Source: Malacoraja senta
Lineage: Eukaryota
Direction of reading: 5' to 3'
Assembly: GCA_038087875.1 (NCBI GenBank)
Contig: CM075990.1
Coordinates: 10,850,001 to 10,914,000, forward strand
Length of the DNA: 64,000 bases
A program made the translations under genes and the position numbers. The notes below the pieces were generated by a model. That model was not told the origin of the DNA. It did no database searches and saw only the letters and a list, made by a program, of their open reading frames with translations. This document shows positions 13,561 to 26,296 of this stretch, piece by piece; the stretch's first letter is position 1; each line of letters begins with the position of its first letter.

Positions 13561-13686
13561 ATTCATATGAATAACTAGACAGTCATGGTTTAAGTCTCCC
13601 AAGTGATTGCATGTACTTGTACAATAGACATACTACATTTACTTCAAAATAGAGGAAAGATCTTAATTCAAACAATGCGTATCTCA

Positions 13687-14043
13687 GAACACGCTAGATG
13701 CAGGAAACATGTTCCCGATGTTGGGCGAGTCCAGTACCAGGGGCCACAGTTTAAGAATAATGGGTAGGCCATTTAAAACTGAGATGAGGAAAAACATTTT
13801 CACACAGAGAATTGTGAATTTGTGGAATTCTCTGCCACAGAAGGCAGTGGAGGCCGATTCACTGGTTGCATTCAAAAGAGAGTTAGATAGGGCTCTTAGG
13901 GCTAGCGGAATCAATGGATATGGGGAGAAGGCAGGAATGGGGTACTGATGTGGATGATCAGCCATGATCACATTGAATGGAGGTGCCGGCTCGAAGGGCT
14001 GAATGGCCTACCCCTGCACCTATTGTCTATGTATCTATGTATC
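13687..14043 (+). mobile_element. CR1 LINE 3' end
   Basis: MFPMLGESSTRGHSLRI..FTQRIVNLWNSLP..FKRELD is homologous to the C-terminus of the 847-aa ORF. Ends in a tctatgta microsatellite tail. Confidence 0.92.
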
Positions 14044-15519
14044 ACACTTATAATTAAATTTCAAAATGCCATCAAACAACATCTGATGGCTAATCACGGC
14101 GACGCTGAGGGAAACACAACCAAAGTGTTGATCGAGCTGCTGCAAAGAACCACGTGATGATAACCAAACATCCCAATTTTAGCAGAGGTAAAAGACAAAG
14201 AGTTAAATGGTGCAGATGACAGACAGAGCCAACTGCTTTATTCCAGAAATGATAGAGAGAGAGGCAAGCAATCCGAAGAGAAAAAACATCCATTCAAAGA
14301 AAATGGTGAGATCAGCGCAATGAAAAACCCACAGTGATAAAACATCTGAAATACAAATGTTCAGAGGAGTAAAAGGTTAAAAGTCAGTAAAGAACAAAAT
14401 ATCCCATGGCATCATCATAATTCAACTGTGAAATAAAAGAGTATGGCCAATTAATGCAAATGTGCTAATACATAAAGGGTTAAGATCCCGGCTGAAAACG
14501 TAGAGATTTCATACTCGGATACACATTCAGCAACACTAGATCTTCCTTTCACATGGTTCAACTGAATGAAATGCATTATAAATAATTGACTTTCAACCAA
14601 TAAATACATTTACAGTAAACAAGTAGACAGGGTATTTCCCCCCTCCAGTCTAACTTTCCAGGTATGCTTATTAATGGACGCTCTGGCAGATTGTCCCACT
14701 GTGAATAGCTGAAACCTGTAAATTTCAACAAATGCAATCCCCTTAGGAATAAAACACTTCACATACAGTAACAATTTCTGACTGAAACAGAATTCAAGGC
14801 CTATATTTTTCTGCTGAAGGCTCCTCCCCGCCCCCAAGAGCTTCATAATTATTGTGCTGTATGGGAATATACTCTGTCAAAGCACTGAAAAGTTCAATTT
14901 TTACAGTAATCATTTCCCTCCATCAATTTTATTGACTGTCTTTTACTACAACCTCTGTTCTGTTACTAAATACAAGGCCAGCCACCAGTCATTTTAGCAA
15001 ATTAACATGTGAAACAATTGAGCCACAGCATCAAGCAGCAAATGAAGGCCTAATTATTTAGACAATGTTTGTAGTCAAATCAAATTTGATCCACATACTA
15101 ACTGACCCTTTATGCACCTTCATAACACCTCTCAAAATATGTTACACAAACAAGTTGGATCTCCGAGAAGGAAGTCTTGTGGCTGTAAAGGGCTTGGTTA
15201 GTTGACACTTACCTTTGATTACTGCATCCAAGTAAATGCTTACTTGCCTTGTAAGCCTGGCAAAGTGGATTTGCTAGACAGATTCATTTGATTAAGTGAT
15301 GTTCAATGAACAAAGTTTGAGTACTGAGGCAAATAGAAGAGGTTAGAAGAATGAGAGGTGATCTCAGAAGAATGTAAGAGTCTCTGAAAGGAGGATGTTA
15401 AAGGGCTATTTCTCCAATTGTAAAGTCTAGTACTTGGGTGCATAATCTCACCATAATACATCAGCCTTTTACACAAGCTGAGAAATTTTTAACATACAGA
15501 AAACACCAAATTCTGATAT

Positions 15520-15645
15520 TTGTTTAAGAAAGAACTGCAGATGCTGGAAAAATCAACGGTAGACAAAAATACTGGAGATACTCAGCGGGTGAGGCAGCAT
15601 CTATGGAGCGAAGGTGACGTTTCGTGTCGAGGCCCATCTTCACAC
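15520..15645 (-). mobile_element. PLE-terminus repeat inserted in an old CR1 fragment
   Basis: Reverse complement matches 44220-44350. The core reads GTGAAGA..GAAACGTC (C3 mutated). Flanks 15330-15500 and 15670-15730 resemble a CR1 3' end. Confidence 0.8.
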
Positions 15646-16179
15646 GTGTGGTATTTGTCACATTATTCAGGTCATGGACAGTCAATTGTTATATTGAAAG
15701 TTATGATCAATACATATTTAGAGAGAATAGAAGGAAGTTTGAAATACTGGGATTGCTTTCCTTTGCACAGGAAGGTTAGAGCAACATTTGATAGACGTCT
15801 TCAAAGCTATTAGGATATGATGATGAAGAAACAGCTTCTGTTGAGGGATTGATGAGCACAAATTTACAATCTGCCAGTGTTATATCAGGACATATTCTTT
15901 ATATCTTTGTTCTTGTCTTTGTACTATATATTTTTTGTTTTAATATATTGAACTATTAGTTGTTTATTATGATGTCTACCAAGTATAATGTTTACATATC
16001 TGTTGTGCTGCTGCAAGTGAGAATTTTGTTGTTCCGTTTCAGCACATATGACAATAAAACACTCCAGACTCTTGGCATTGTGAAGAGTCATGCACTACCC
16101 GAGGCTCTGGTGAAAGATTATCTATATTGCACTACATATGTACACTTCACACTGCCTTGGGAAAGCAGGGACCTTTTTC

Positions 16180-16374
16180 AACCTGGTCATTCTCTCTGCA
16201 CCCCTCCCCCGTCAGAAGGTACAAAAGCTTGAAAGCACATACTACCAGATTCAAGAACAACATTTTCCTCGCTGTTATAAGATTATTGAACGCTCCTCTG
16301 ATAAGCTAATCTACCATATTGCAGCCCTTGCATGTTTTTTAATCTGCGCATTCTCTATTGCTGTAACTGTATAA
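16180..16374 (+). mobile_element. Rex1/Babar LINE 3' end (continues at about 16934-17012)
   Basis: GHSL..P.RRYKSLKAHTTRFKNNIFLAVIRLLN fits the Rex1 C-terminal motif. The 3' UTR resumes after the MITE and ends in caataataaacc. Confidence 0.8.
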
Positions 16375-16933
16375 AGGGCCTGTCCTACTTGGCCATCATT
16401 CGCGCGCCATTTACGCGACCTGCTAGCGTGTGGGTAGCGCGGGACGGGCGCATGGAGTGGTGTGGAGGAGTGTGGAGTGGCGTGGAGGAGTGTGGATTTC
16501 GTCCTGCACTAAATCTTCGCGCGCCACCGGCCTGTCGCGAAACTGATGGCCAAAGTGGGACTGGCCCAAGACCCTGGCGCGGCGCAACGTCTCACCTCCA
16601 ACAGCAGCAGAAGCAGGCAAACGATCTGCGAGCTCGGCCTGGGGCTCACGGCCGTTGCGGATCCGGATCCGCCCCCACTCCTACTCCCAGAGCGGAGCCA
16701 AGACGATTGGAGATAGACACAAAATGCTGGAGTAACTCAGCGGGACCGCCAGCATCTCTGGAGAGAAGAATGGGTGACGTTTCGGGTCGAGACCCTTCAT
16801 CAGACTGAAGAAGAGTCTCGACCCGAAACGTCATTCATTCCTTCACTCCAGAGATGCTGCCTGTCCCGCTGAGTTACTTCAGCATTTTGTGTCTACCTTC
16901 GATTTAAGCCAGCATCTGCAGTTCTTTCCGACA
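16375..16933 (+). mobile_element. Harbinger-like MITE copy lacking its right end and carrying a PLE-derived palindrome
   Basis: Left end is TAA|AGGGCCTGTCCTACTT. Region 16511-16895 aligns closely with 62712-63100, including the palindrome centred on CAGACTG (16801-16807). Confidence 0.75.
16776..16803 (-). ncRNA. Minimal hammerhead ribozyme core (canonical CUGAUGA)
   Basis: Minus strand reads CTGATGA-A-GGGT-CTCG-ACCC-GAAA-C-GTC. All core nucleotides and helix II are intact, but only about 2 bp of helix I are visible. Confidence 0.65.
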
Positions 16934-17249
16934 CTGCATGGTTTGATTGTACTCATGGATAGTATGATTTGACTGGATCTCAGTGCACTTTACAATAATA
17001 AACCAATAACAATACTTTAAATATCAGAAAATTACAGGGAATTAACAAATACGGGACTAAATGGATGCATTTTTCAAGAAGACTGCACAATCATGTCCTG
17101 AATGGACTTGTTCTATGCTACAAAATTCCAGTCAGTCAATATCTAACAATGACTTCACACTACAGTGACAGCAATCGGGATGCAATTTTGCTGAGCATCC
17201 TGCAAGCTAAATTGAGTTAAGCAGGTCATCTCACTTTACGCCCATCCTA

Positions 17250-17606
17250 TCCAGGAAGCGAGCGGGTAAGATCATCTCTAACCCCTCTCACCCTGGCCAC
17301 AAACTCTTTGAATCACTTCCCTCTGGAAGGCGACTCCGGACTGTCAAAACTGCCACAGCCAGACATAAAAACAGCTTTTTTCCACGAGTAGTAGCTCTAC
17401 TCAATAACCAAAAATCTGTAGCCTCCTTTCACTCTGGTATTTTATTTAATTCACATGTTTAATCAATAATGTTTAATTATTAATGTTTAATGTTTAATGT
17501 GTCATTCTTAACTGTCACTGTATGTCATGTTGTCACTTGCGGGCAGAGCACCAAGGCAAATTCCTTGTATGTGAATACTTGGCCAATAAACGTATTCATT
17601 CAATTC
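17250..17606 (+). mobile_element. Rex1/Babar LINE 3' end
   Basis: KRAGKIISNPSHPGHKLFESLPSGRRLRTVKTATARHKNSFFPRVVALLNN, followed by a UTR ending aataaacgtattcattcaattc. Confidence 0.85.
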
Positions 17607-17607
17607 T

Positions 17608-19110
17608 CTTCTACAAGTCAAGCCCGAATGTGCAGGGAACAATCTGGTGAATTCCTTCTGTACTTTGTCCAACTTAATGACATCCTTCCTACAGTTGGGC
17701 AACCCAAACTGCAAGCAGTACTCCAAGTGTGGTCTCACCAACAATGTTGCACAGCTATCGAGTTACTGCAGGCTTTCATCCCAGACTACAACTATGCAAG
17801 CTTAATATTTAATCAAGGTTGAACCTACTTCAAACAATTGCCAAATTCCCTGTGTTAAATATGACTGAAACTCTTCGGGGAGGAAGCGGCCGTTCCAGAC
17901 ACTCCAAGCCGCTGAGAGTGTTCTCCCGACGCCGGAGCTCCATCATCCGGCGAGAGGGCCTGTAATGACTGGGGAGGCCTCAATAGGCCTGACCATGGGT
18001 GAACAGGAGGAAGAGGACTGGACTTTGTTGCCTTCCCTCACAGTGGGAACCATTGTGGGGGGATGTTTTTATGTTCAATGTTAAATTCTTTAATGTTGTG
18101 TTTTTATTTTATTGGTGTGCTGCAAATGGCAACTCAAATTTCACTACACCAATTGGTGTATGTGACAATAAATGTCCTTTGTCTTCGTCCTTTGTCCTTT
18201 GGCAACTTGTTCCAGTTTCAGACTTTCCTCGGAGTGAAAAAATTGCCCAAAGGTACCTCTTAAATCTTTCCTCTCACACGCTTTTTCAATAAACTCTCTC
18301 CAGTTTTAATATCCTCTATTCTGGATGAAAGGCTGAGTGTACACTTTATCCATGCTCCTCATAATTCTGTACGCTCAAGAAGGCCACTCCTTAGCTTCCT
18401 ACACTCCAAAGAAAAAAGTTCAATCCTGTCAATCCTTTCCTACAAGTCAAGCTCACAAATCCAGGGAACAACGTGGTGAATCACATTGGCACTCTTTCCA
18501 ATTTCATTATATCCTTCCTGTAGCTGGGTGACTCGAACTGCATGCAATACTCCAAGTGTGGTCTCACCAACGACTTTTACAGCTGCATCATTACGTCCTA
18601 ACTTTTGTTCTCAATATCCTTCCCAATGAAGGCAAGCATGCCAAATGCCTTCTTCACTAACCTGTCCATCTGGCTTTCAGGGGGCCATGCACCTATACTC
18701 CCAGATCTCTCCATTCCACAGCACTCTCCAGTGCTCTAACATTTACTGTGCAACTCCTGCCCTGGCTTGGCATATCAAAGTGCAAAACCTCATACTTGTC
18801 AGAGTTAAATTACTTTTTCCTCTTCCATGGTCCACCTGCCCAAATGATCTAGATCATGTTGTACACTTAGATAAGCTTCCTCGCTGTCATCTGCAAATTT
18901 CCGAGCAATGTCAGGTAATGTCAATCAAATTATTAATGCAGATAACAGTGGACCCAGCACCACTGGTTACAGCAGAACAGCCATCCTTCCTCCAAACCAA
19001 TTTTGAATCCAACAGGCTAGTACATCTTGGATTCCATGCGATCTAACCTCCCAAACTAGGCAACCTCACAGGACCTTGTTAAATGCCTTGCTATAGTCTA
19101 TATAGACAAT
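17608..19110 (-). mobile_element. Fragmented CR1 RT/3' region
   Basis: VRPHLEYCLQFG.P..RKDVIKLDKVQKEFTR (17620-17745), a second VRPHLEYC at about 18540-18570, and IVYIDYSKAFNKV at about 19070-19110. Interrupted by 17876-18200. Confidence 0.85.
17876..18200 (+). mobile_element. Non-autonomous retroposon with a GC-rich body and LINE-type tail
   Basis: GC-rich 5' part, then aaatttcactacaccaattggtgtatgtgacaataaa and a (gtccttt)n tail. Nested in CR1. Confidence 0.55.
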
Positions 19111-19229
19111 GGTCAAATTCCTCTTTCTTTTTCCAGTAATAAATCTCCTGTCATGTTGATTCATTGTGGCCTGAAATTTATGTTCATGTATAACGACCTG
19201 AAAAAAGTTACTGTAGTCAATTACTGAGA

Positions 19230-19360
19230 TAGAGTCATAGTCAAAGTGCGATAGATTGTGGAAAAAGGCTCTGGCCCAATTTGCCCACACTGGCCAACAT
19301 TTCCCAGCTACACTAGTCTCACCTGCCTGCATTTGGCCCATATCCTTCCAAATCTGTCCT
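19230..19360 (-). mobile_element. CR1 3' tail
   Basis: Reverse complement matches the tail of the CR1 at 53640-53764 (tgtagctggga..tgttggc..gtgtggg). Confidence 0.75.
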
Positions 19361-21469
19361 TAACTACAGTGATGTCCTGATCATTTCAGATCTAGTGCTA
19401 CGAATTTTAAGTGCTGTAACCAGACTATCCATGAAACTTCTGAATTTAACTGTAAATTAGTTGTCAGGATCTTAAACTGAAATTAAAAGAGGGATAAAAA
19501 TGAAAAATGAAAATTTCATCTTAACAATATTGTTGTAAAATTTCATGCAAAATAATAGAAGCTTTTGTTATATTAGAAGTACAATATTTTGATTTGCATG
19601 GTTTTGCTTTAGATGCTTGACAACAGGCTCTGCATTGAGGTTGCAACAAACATCACCTGCCGACGTCTTGTACTCGTGCAACATCTAAGATATTATTGAA
19701 AAAAAATACTGAAAACAGTCAGAAGGTTAAGGAGCATCTCTGGAAAGAGTTATTGTTTCAAGTCTAAGTACGTTTATCAGAACGTTCTTCGTTTGGATGA
19801 AGGGTCTTTCACCCAAACTATCTTCATTTCTCTTTCCATAGACGTTGCCTGCCAAGTGTTCCAGGCATTAATATTTTTGACATACAGTTGGCTTTGAAGG
19901 ACTCGAGAGAAATGATATTATAGATGTTTAAAAGTAAGCACACATTGCAACATGAAGAACTTTACACAACAGAAGCAGAATAGAGCCTCCGATCAATGAA
20001 GGTGCCCGACCATGACCCCTGCTCAAACGTAACAAATACAAAGGAAGATCCAAGTTGCTCATTTATTAACAAAGTACTGGAAACCGCTGTCAACAAAAAA
20101 GTGATTTGGAAGAGTGGCAGAAATCATTAAAGATGTGATTTTTTTCCCTTTCTTACCAAAGGCCATCACTAATGTTCTAAATCGATGTCAACATTAAGAA
20201 AATAAATGGATATTCACTTTTTTTTTCTCCAACCAGTCAGACAAATAGCCCTCTAAAGTTTGTAGTAACTTTGCTTATAACCACTCCTTTTTTTGTCGCT
20301 GCTTTTCAGTTTATAGCAAAGATTTATGTTGATTTTTATGTCAAAATAATTGTCACTCGTTTGTGTGAATGATTTGATAAATCCTTTCATTTTACTTTTA
20401 GTAAGCTACATTAAGCAGGCTTTATTTAATTTGATGAAAAATATCTTGGGGCTATCGGCTACTAATAACAGCCATTTAATGAAAACAGCTAAAGTGCACA
20501 GAAAAATATAAAACAGGTATGAACAACATTCAAGAATTTTGAAAGTCACGAATCACTGAATGACCTGATCCAGCTTCACACAGAAAGACTGCAAACAGAA
20601 AGAAATGAACCCATTAAAAGCCATAAATAGCTTAATTATGCCATGATGCAATAAGAGACTTCAAAGGCAAACCTGACCCTCCTGTGCCAAAGAATTTAAA
20701 AACTGAACACAAAGCACATTTTCATCAACAGCATGGATACTCAATTTGTCTACTGCAAACTGGTGGGCCTTTACCACCTTATTATGACATTATTATTTTG
20801 GCCTCTCACTCAACAGACATAGAATCTAGTGAACAATATAACTGTAATATAGCTTCATGTGAACAAAGAATTTCATTGCACTCTGGTGTATGTGACCATA
20901 ACTAATCTGAAATCTGGCGAAAGTATAAAATAAAATATCCTATAGAAGTAAAACATTTTCTGTAGAGCATTTTGTAAAGCATTGGATGACATATAAATGC
21001 AAACTATTTTAAGCAAAATATGATGCTTCTGAAATGGAAATTGAAATTTATTATTGCATTACGTTTTCAGGATTGCACAAATTTAGGAATGTGGGGCAGA
21101 CAATTCATCGATAACTGCATATCATGAAAAACATATAAAAACCCATCAAACAATGATATAAAAATCCAATCTCTCTGGGACCTCTCTGCTTTATTTGGTG
21201 GCTGATTTATTAATTAGGCTTATTGCATTTTTGTGCATTTAGTCAAGTAGAAGATGCAGACATCAATGGACCCATTATCAGTCATTCTGTAAATCTGACG
21301 TAAAAACAAAATCAACATTTATCCAAGTTGTGTTTTGCCTAATTTAAAAAAGTTGTGTTAATTTCCAACATCCTTAGCCAAAGTTTGTGGGTGTCTACAT
21401 AACTGCCTAATTACAAAATAAATTCAAACTGGGAGTATATTGGCAAGAACCCCCAAGTACCTTGTCACT

Positions 21470-22893
21470 GAACATAGAACAGTTCAGCACAGGAACAGGC
21501 CCATTGACCCACAATGTCCATGTGGACCATGTTAAACTACATTAACCTGCTTGTGATTCATAACCCTCCATTTGCTGCATATCCATGTGCCTATCCAAAA
21601 TCTTCTAAATGCCACTGTTGCATCTGCCTGCACTACCACTCCAGGCAGTGTGCACCAGGCACCCATCATTATGTCGAAACACTTGCTCTGCATATCTCAT
21701 TTAAACATTCCCCCTCTCATGCTAAAGCTATGCCCTCTAGTCTGTGACATTCCTACCCTGGGAAAACTATTCAACCTAACTATGCATCTCATAACTTTAC
21801 AAACTTCTATCAGATCACCGCTCAACCTCCAAAGCTCAAAAGAACACTATCCAAGTTTGCCCAACTTCACTTATAGATAATTCCCCCTCCAAAGTCTCCA
21901 CATCCTACCTGCAATGGACCAACACAATACTCTATTTCTCCCAAGTAAATTTTTATAAAGCTGCAACATGTCTTCCTAACTCTTATACTCAAGCATTGTC
22001 CAACGAAGGCAAGCATATCGTACGCCTCCTTTACCACTCTTTCTCCTGGTGTTGCCACTTTCAGCGAGCTATGATCTTGGACCCCACATCCCTTTAAATA
22101 GCAATACTGTTCTGGGTTTTGCCATTAACCGTATATCTTCCCCTTATATTCAACCTCCCAAAGTGCAACATCTCACACTTGCTCAGATTAAACTCCATCT
22201 GCAATTTCTCCACCCATTTCTATAGTGGAAATATATCCGGCTGCATACTTTATCAGCCTTCCTCCCTGTCCGCCACTCCACTAATTTTGGTGCCGTCTGC
22301 TAACTTACTAATCAACCCGTCTAATTTAACATCCAAGTCATTTATATCTCTCCCTAACAATAAAGATCCCAGCACAATTCCCTGCAGAACTCCATTGGTC
22401 ACAACCCTCCAGCCAGAATAACGCTTTCCATTGTAATCCTCCATCTTCTGTAAGTAAGCCAGTTCTGAATCCTAAACAACTGAGTCACCATGGATCCTTT
22501 ATATTTTAATCTTCTGGAGGAATCTACTAAGAGGGACTTTATCAAATGCCTCACTAAAATCTATGCAAACAACATCCACGGCCCTACCTTCATCGATCAT
22601 CTTCGTCACCGCCTTATGTTCACAAGACTTGCCCCACCATGGGCAAAATCATACTGACTCTTGCAAATTAGCTCATTCCCTTCCTCATGCGAATCAATCC
22701 TATCCCAAAGAATTATTTCCAATACCTTCCTCGCCACTGACATGAGGCTCACTGCTATAATTTCCTGGATTATCTCAACATCCCTTCTTAAACAAAGGAA
22801 TAACATTGATTACCCTCCAGTTCTTCAGGACTTTGCCTGTGGCTTGAGAAGATACAAAGATCTTCATCAATCCGCCTGCAATGCCCTCCCTTG
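21470..22893 (-). mobile_element. Decayed CR1 LINE (RT plus 3' end)
   Basis: YSGWRVVTNGVLQGIVLGSLLL..INDLD..ISKLADGTKI and VSLMSVARKVLEII, with many stops and frameshifts. Confidence 0.9.
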
Positions 22894-23169
22894 TCTCAAC
22901 AGTCGACAGAGAGTCAAGAGTGTTTTAATGTCATATGTCCCGAAACAGAACAATTAAATTCTTATTTGCAGCAGCATAACAGATATGTAAATGTAGTACT
23001 TTGTGAACAACCTGGGATATATCTTACGGACAATTTCAGATTTGCATTTAGCTGTGCATATATGGTTGGCGCACATTGTTAAATTTTCTCCATTTTAAAA
23101 TCCAGGCCGAGCTATCCAAGGACAATTCTGAGCATTAAGTTTCAAAGTGAGACACTACAGAGCTCGTGG

Positions 23170-23423
23170 TCTCTATCTGTCTCTGTCTGCGTGCGTTCTC
23201 TGTCTGTCTCTGTGTGTGTGCGTCTCTGTGTGTCTGTCTCTGTGTGCGTGCGTGTCTCTGTGTGCGTGCGTCTGTCAGTCTCTGTGCATGTCTGTCGGCT
23301 TGTGTGCATGCGTGTCTGTCTGTCTTTGTGTCCATGCATGTGTTTCTCCGCAGATATGCACTATTCTGCATATGCGTCTCTCTGCATGTGTGAGTCTCTG
23401 CGTGTGCACGTGCGTGCGTGTGT
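23170..23423. repeat. TG/TC-rich degenerate microsatellite
   Basis: Mixed (TG)n/(TC)n/(TGCG)n. It explains the overlapping Cys/Val- and Thr/His-rich ORFs. Confidence 0.95.
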
Positions 23424-24364
23424 AGTGGTGGGGAAGAAACTGGTGACAAATGGAGGTGGTGATGTCGGAGGTTGAGAATGGGTGGAGAAAAAACTGTTAA
23501 CGATAGATAATGAAGAGCTCATCAAAGATCAACACCGATTAAGTATCAAAATTCAGGAGAAGAAAAAAAATTGGCCACACTATGTGTCTATGAGATATGA
23601 AACGATTTCTACTATATTGATCCACTACCCAGGGTCACTTTCAGTAGGCTGCCTCTAACAACCTCCCAATCTTCTTCAATATTGGCAGAATAAGACACTA
23701 TACTTAAAATCAATTTTCAATACCACAGAAAAGAACGAGATTCAGCAAGACAAACAAGCTAACAATGAGAAAGAGCTTTCAAATTCTTAAGGTCAAACAC
23801 AATGACCTGTGTACAACATTCCGAATGATTTAACGGTCTACTATGAAGCAATTGCTTCACTGCACTTCTGGAGTAGATTGTCCTCCAAACTTGCCACCCT
23901 GTCATTTCAGAGACTTTTTTTATGGCTCTGTTGAAGGAACTCTGCAAATACATATGATCAAACTTTGATTTATCAAACAACGGTGAAATCATTATCTAGG
24001 TTAACTTTGAATGTTATGTATCATAATTTAATTTATTTTTAAATCACAGACACTGAGTGGTACAGCAATTTGTTCTTCGTGAATTACAAGTACTCATCAA
24101 TTGTAAGAAGGAACTGCAGATGCTGGTTTAAACCAAAGAGATACATCAATTTCCTTTCCCTTTATAGTCAGCTCATTGGACTTGTGCCAAGTCTTAGGAG
24201 GTCAGGGTGGAAGTGCGATCAATAACCACACCCAACACATGAACACAAATGCCAAGGTGAATGCCCCCAATGACTATTGAGGGAGTGCTGCAGTCAGATG
24301 CATCATCTTTCACATCTTAAATGGAGGTCCTGCCTGCACAAGTTTTTGAAAAAGGCAACCCCGA

Positions 24365-24535
24365 GCTTTCAGTCACCGGTCACATTTAAGTTTCTGCCAA
24401 ACTCTGCACTCATTGCCTTAGGCCTCCATTCCTCCCTCCATCAGTATGCACTGTGAGCTCAAGGAACAACACCTCATCTTCTCTCTAGGAATGTTCCATC
24501 CCTTGGAGTTCAATACTGAATTTAACAATTCGGGG
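24365..24535 (+). mobile_element. Old Penelope GIY-YIG C-terminal remnant
   Basis: ELKEQHLIFSLGMFHPLEFNTEFNN, compared with KLEEQHLVFRLGSLHPSGMNIDFSN at about 44040-44110. Confidence 0.75.
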
Positions 24536-24844
24536 AAGATAATTTTTCCTTGTTCTCCTCTCTCCACAGACTAACTTTATTTCAATTTATTTATTTTCTT
24601 CTCTTCTGTCTCTAACTACCCTTTTTGCAATTAATTGTCATGACAACTTTGGGCTTTCCCATGCTGTACTGTGTAAGCTATGGTTTTGTTTGTTGCAACA
24701 GAGTATAAACATAGAAAGCCTAAAATGACAGTTGACCCAGCACCATATCAGAATCACATAGTGTGGTGAATGGAGATACATTTTCACACTTTCATCATGT
24801 CACAGCTACTTTGACAATGTATCTGAAATATCACTATATAATGG

Positions 24845-24979
24845 TATGAAGTAGGGTCTCGACCCAAAACGTCACCCATTCCTTCTATCCAGAGATGCTG
24901 CCTGTCCCGCCGCTGAGTTACTCCAGCATTTTGTGTCCATATTCGGTATAAACCAGCATCTGCAGTTCCTTCCTACACA
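24845..24979 (+). mobile_element. PLE-terminus repeat with degenerate hammerhead
   Basis: tgaagtagggtctcgacccaaaacgtcacccattcc...ccagcatctgcagttccttcctacaca. Confidence 0.88.
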
Positions 24980-25156
24980 TTACAATAACACATTACTATT
25001 GGATTATATAGCTGCACCCTTGCATTAATTTTTTTTTGGCAAACAAATATTTTTCAAACATCCAAATTACAATTAAATGGAAGTTTCTAGTAAAAATTCT
25101 TCCCTGGAATTGCCATTCAATTTTTGCATTGATGAAAGAACCCCAAATATGTTGGA

Positions 25157-25183
25157 TATATATATATATATATATATATATAT
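25157..25183. repeat. (TA)n microsatellite
   Basis: Seen directly. Confidence 0.95.
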
Positions 25184-25723
25184 CGTATTTTACAAATGCC
25201 TATTTGAAATGAACTGAGAAGGAAGTTACAATGGAAAAGACAAATTTTATTATGGGAACCGTGGAATGCAAGCACAGAAAATAAAAACAAACTTCACAAC
25301 CTAACCAATGAAATGCCTACAATGAAGGCAGCTATTCAACAAAGCACATTAATGGCACTAGAAAGAGAATGCAACTTGACAGATGGCACCAAACTGGTCC
25401 TGCTATTGTATTTGCTTAATCCACTTACATTTGACCAAAAAGCTAGCTTTTGAAGCACCTACTATGTCACATCAGTTCATTTCCCACCACCAAATACCGA
25501 AACCAACTTTCATATATTGTGATTTTCTTTCTTTACAATAACTTTAACAATACAAGTAGCATGTTACCAGGCCAAAATCTCTTAAAACAGTGCTCAGAAA
25601 AATGACTAGAGAGACAACTGTTATGTGGGCAACGTTTGGATACTTTAGTCATAAGGAACTGCAGATGTATGTTTTCATATTTTGCTCATGTCAATGTTTA
25701 AGAAAGGCAAGTACTTCTTCAAA

Positions 25724-25888
25724 ACACAAAGTTCTGCAGGAATTCAGCTGGTCATGCAGCATATGTGGAGTAAATGGACAGACGATGTTTTGAGTCGGGA
25801 CCCTCCACAGATGCTGCTTGATTCACATAATTCCGACAGCACTGTGTGTTTTGCTCAAGATTCCAGCGTCTGCAGTTCTTGTATCTCC
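25724..25888. mobile_element. Older fold-back PLE-terminus repeat
   Basis: Inverted arms (acacaaagttctgcaggaattcagc..gcagcatatgtgga / tccacagatgctgc..cagcactgtgtgt) followed by ccagcgtctgcagttc. A similar old pair lies at about 19700-19870. Confidence 0.6.
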
Positions 25889-26296
25889 TAGGTACGACTT
25901 CAACCATTCAGTCCTTTCAGAAATATGCACCCTGTTGCTGATTGGTATCTACTCAAGTCCATTGGTCGAAGTTCTGAAGCTCATGCTAATCACAGATGTT
26001 GCATTACAGGCAAGTATTTTTTCAATTATTAAACAGTGAAATTAACAAACAAGCATCGATATCACAGGAAACTTGGTAAAACACCACAAGAAAACAAGTT
26101 ATCATTCGTGGGTAGAAAGTTACACTAATTATGTTAATCATCACAGATGTTATAATTTGCTAATAAATTATTTGGAGGAAAGAGTCAGAAAATGAAATGA
26201 ATACATGGAAACAGTATACATAGAACGTAGAAAAGTACAGCACAGGAACAGGCCCTTCGGTCTGCAATGTCCATGGTGAACTTGATGCCAAGTTAA

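Noticed and set aside
14080-14340. Purine-rich, exon-like stretch
   Set aside because: No convincing splice sites or recognisable protein similarity in any frame.
15205-15262. Strong minus-strand donor (AAG|gtaagtg) with a possible 44-nt exon
   Set aside because: Weak acceptor, frame-shifting length and no GBF1 similarity; most likely cryptic.
16332-16834. 158-aa ORF here and similar 149/154-aa ORFs at 62575-63111, suggesting a duplicated gene
   Set aside because: They are open frames through two copies of a GC-rich non-coding MITE, with no recognisable domain or splice structure.
23135-23475. Five overlapping Cys/Val- or Thr/His/Arg-rich ORFs
   Set aside because: Translation artefacts of a TG/TC microsatellite.
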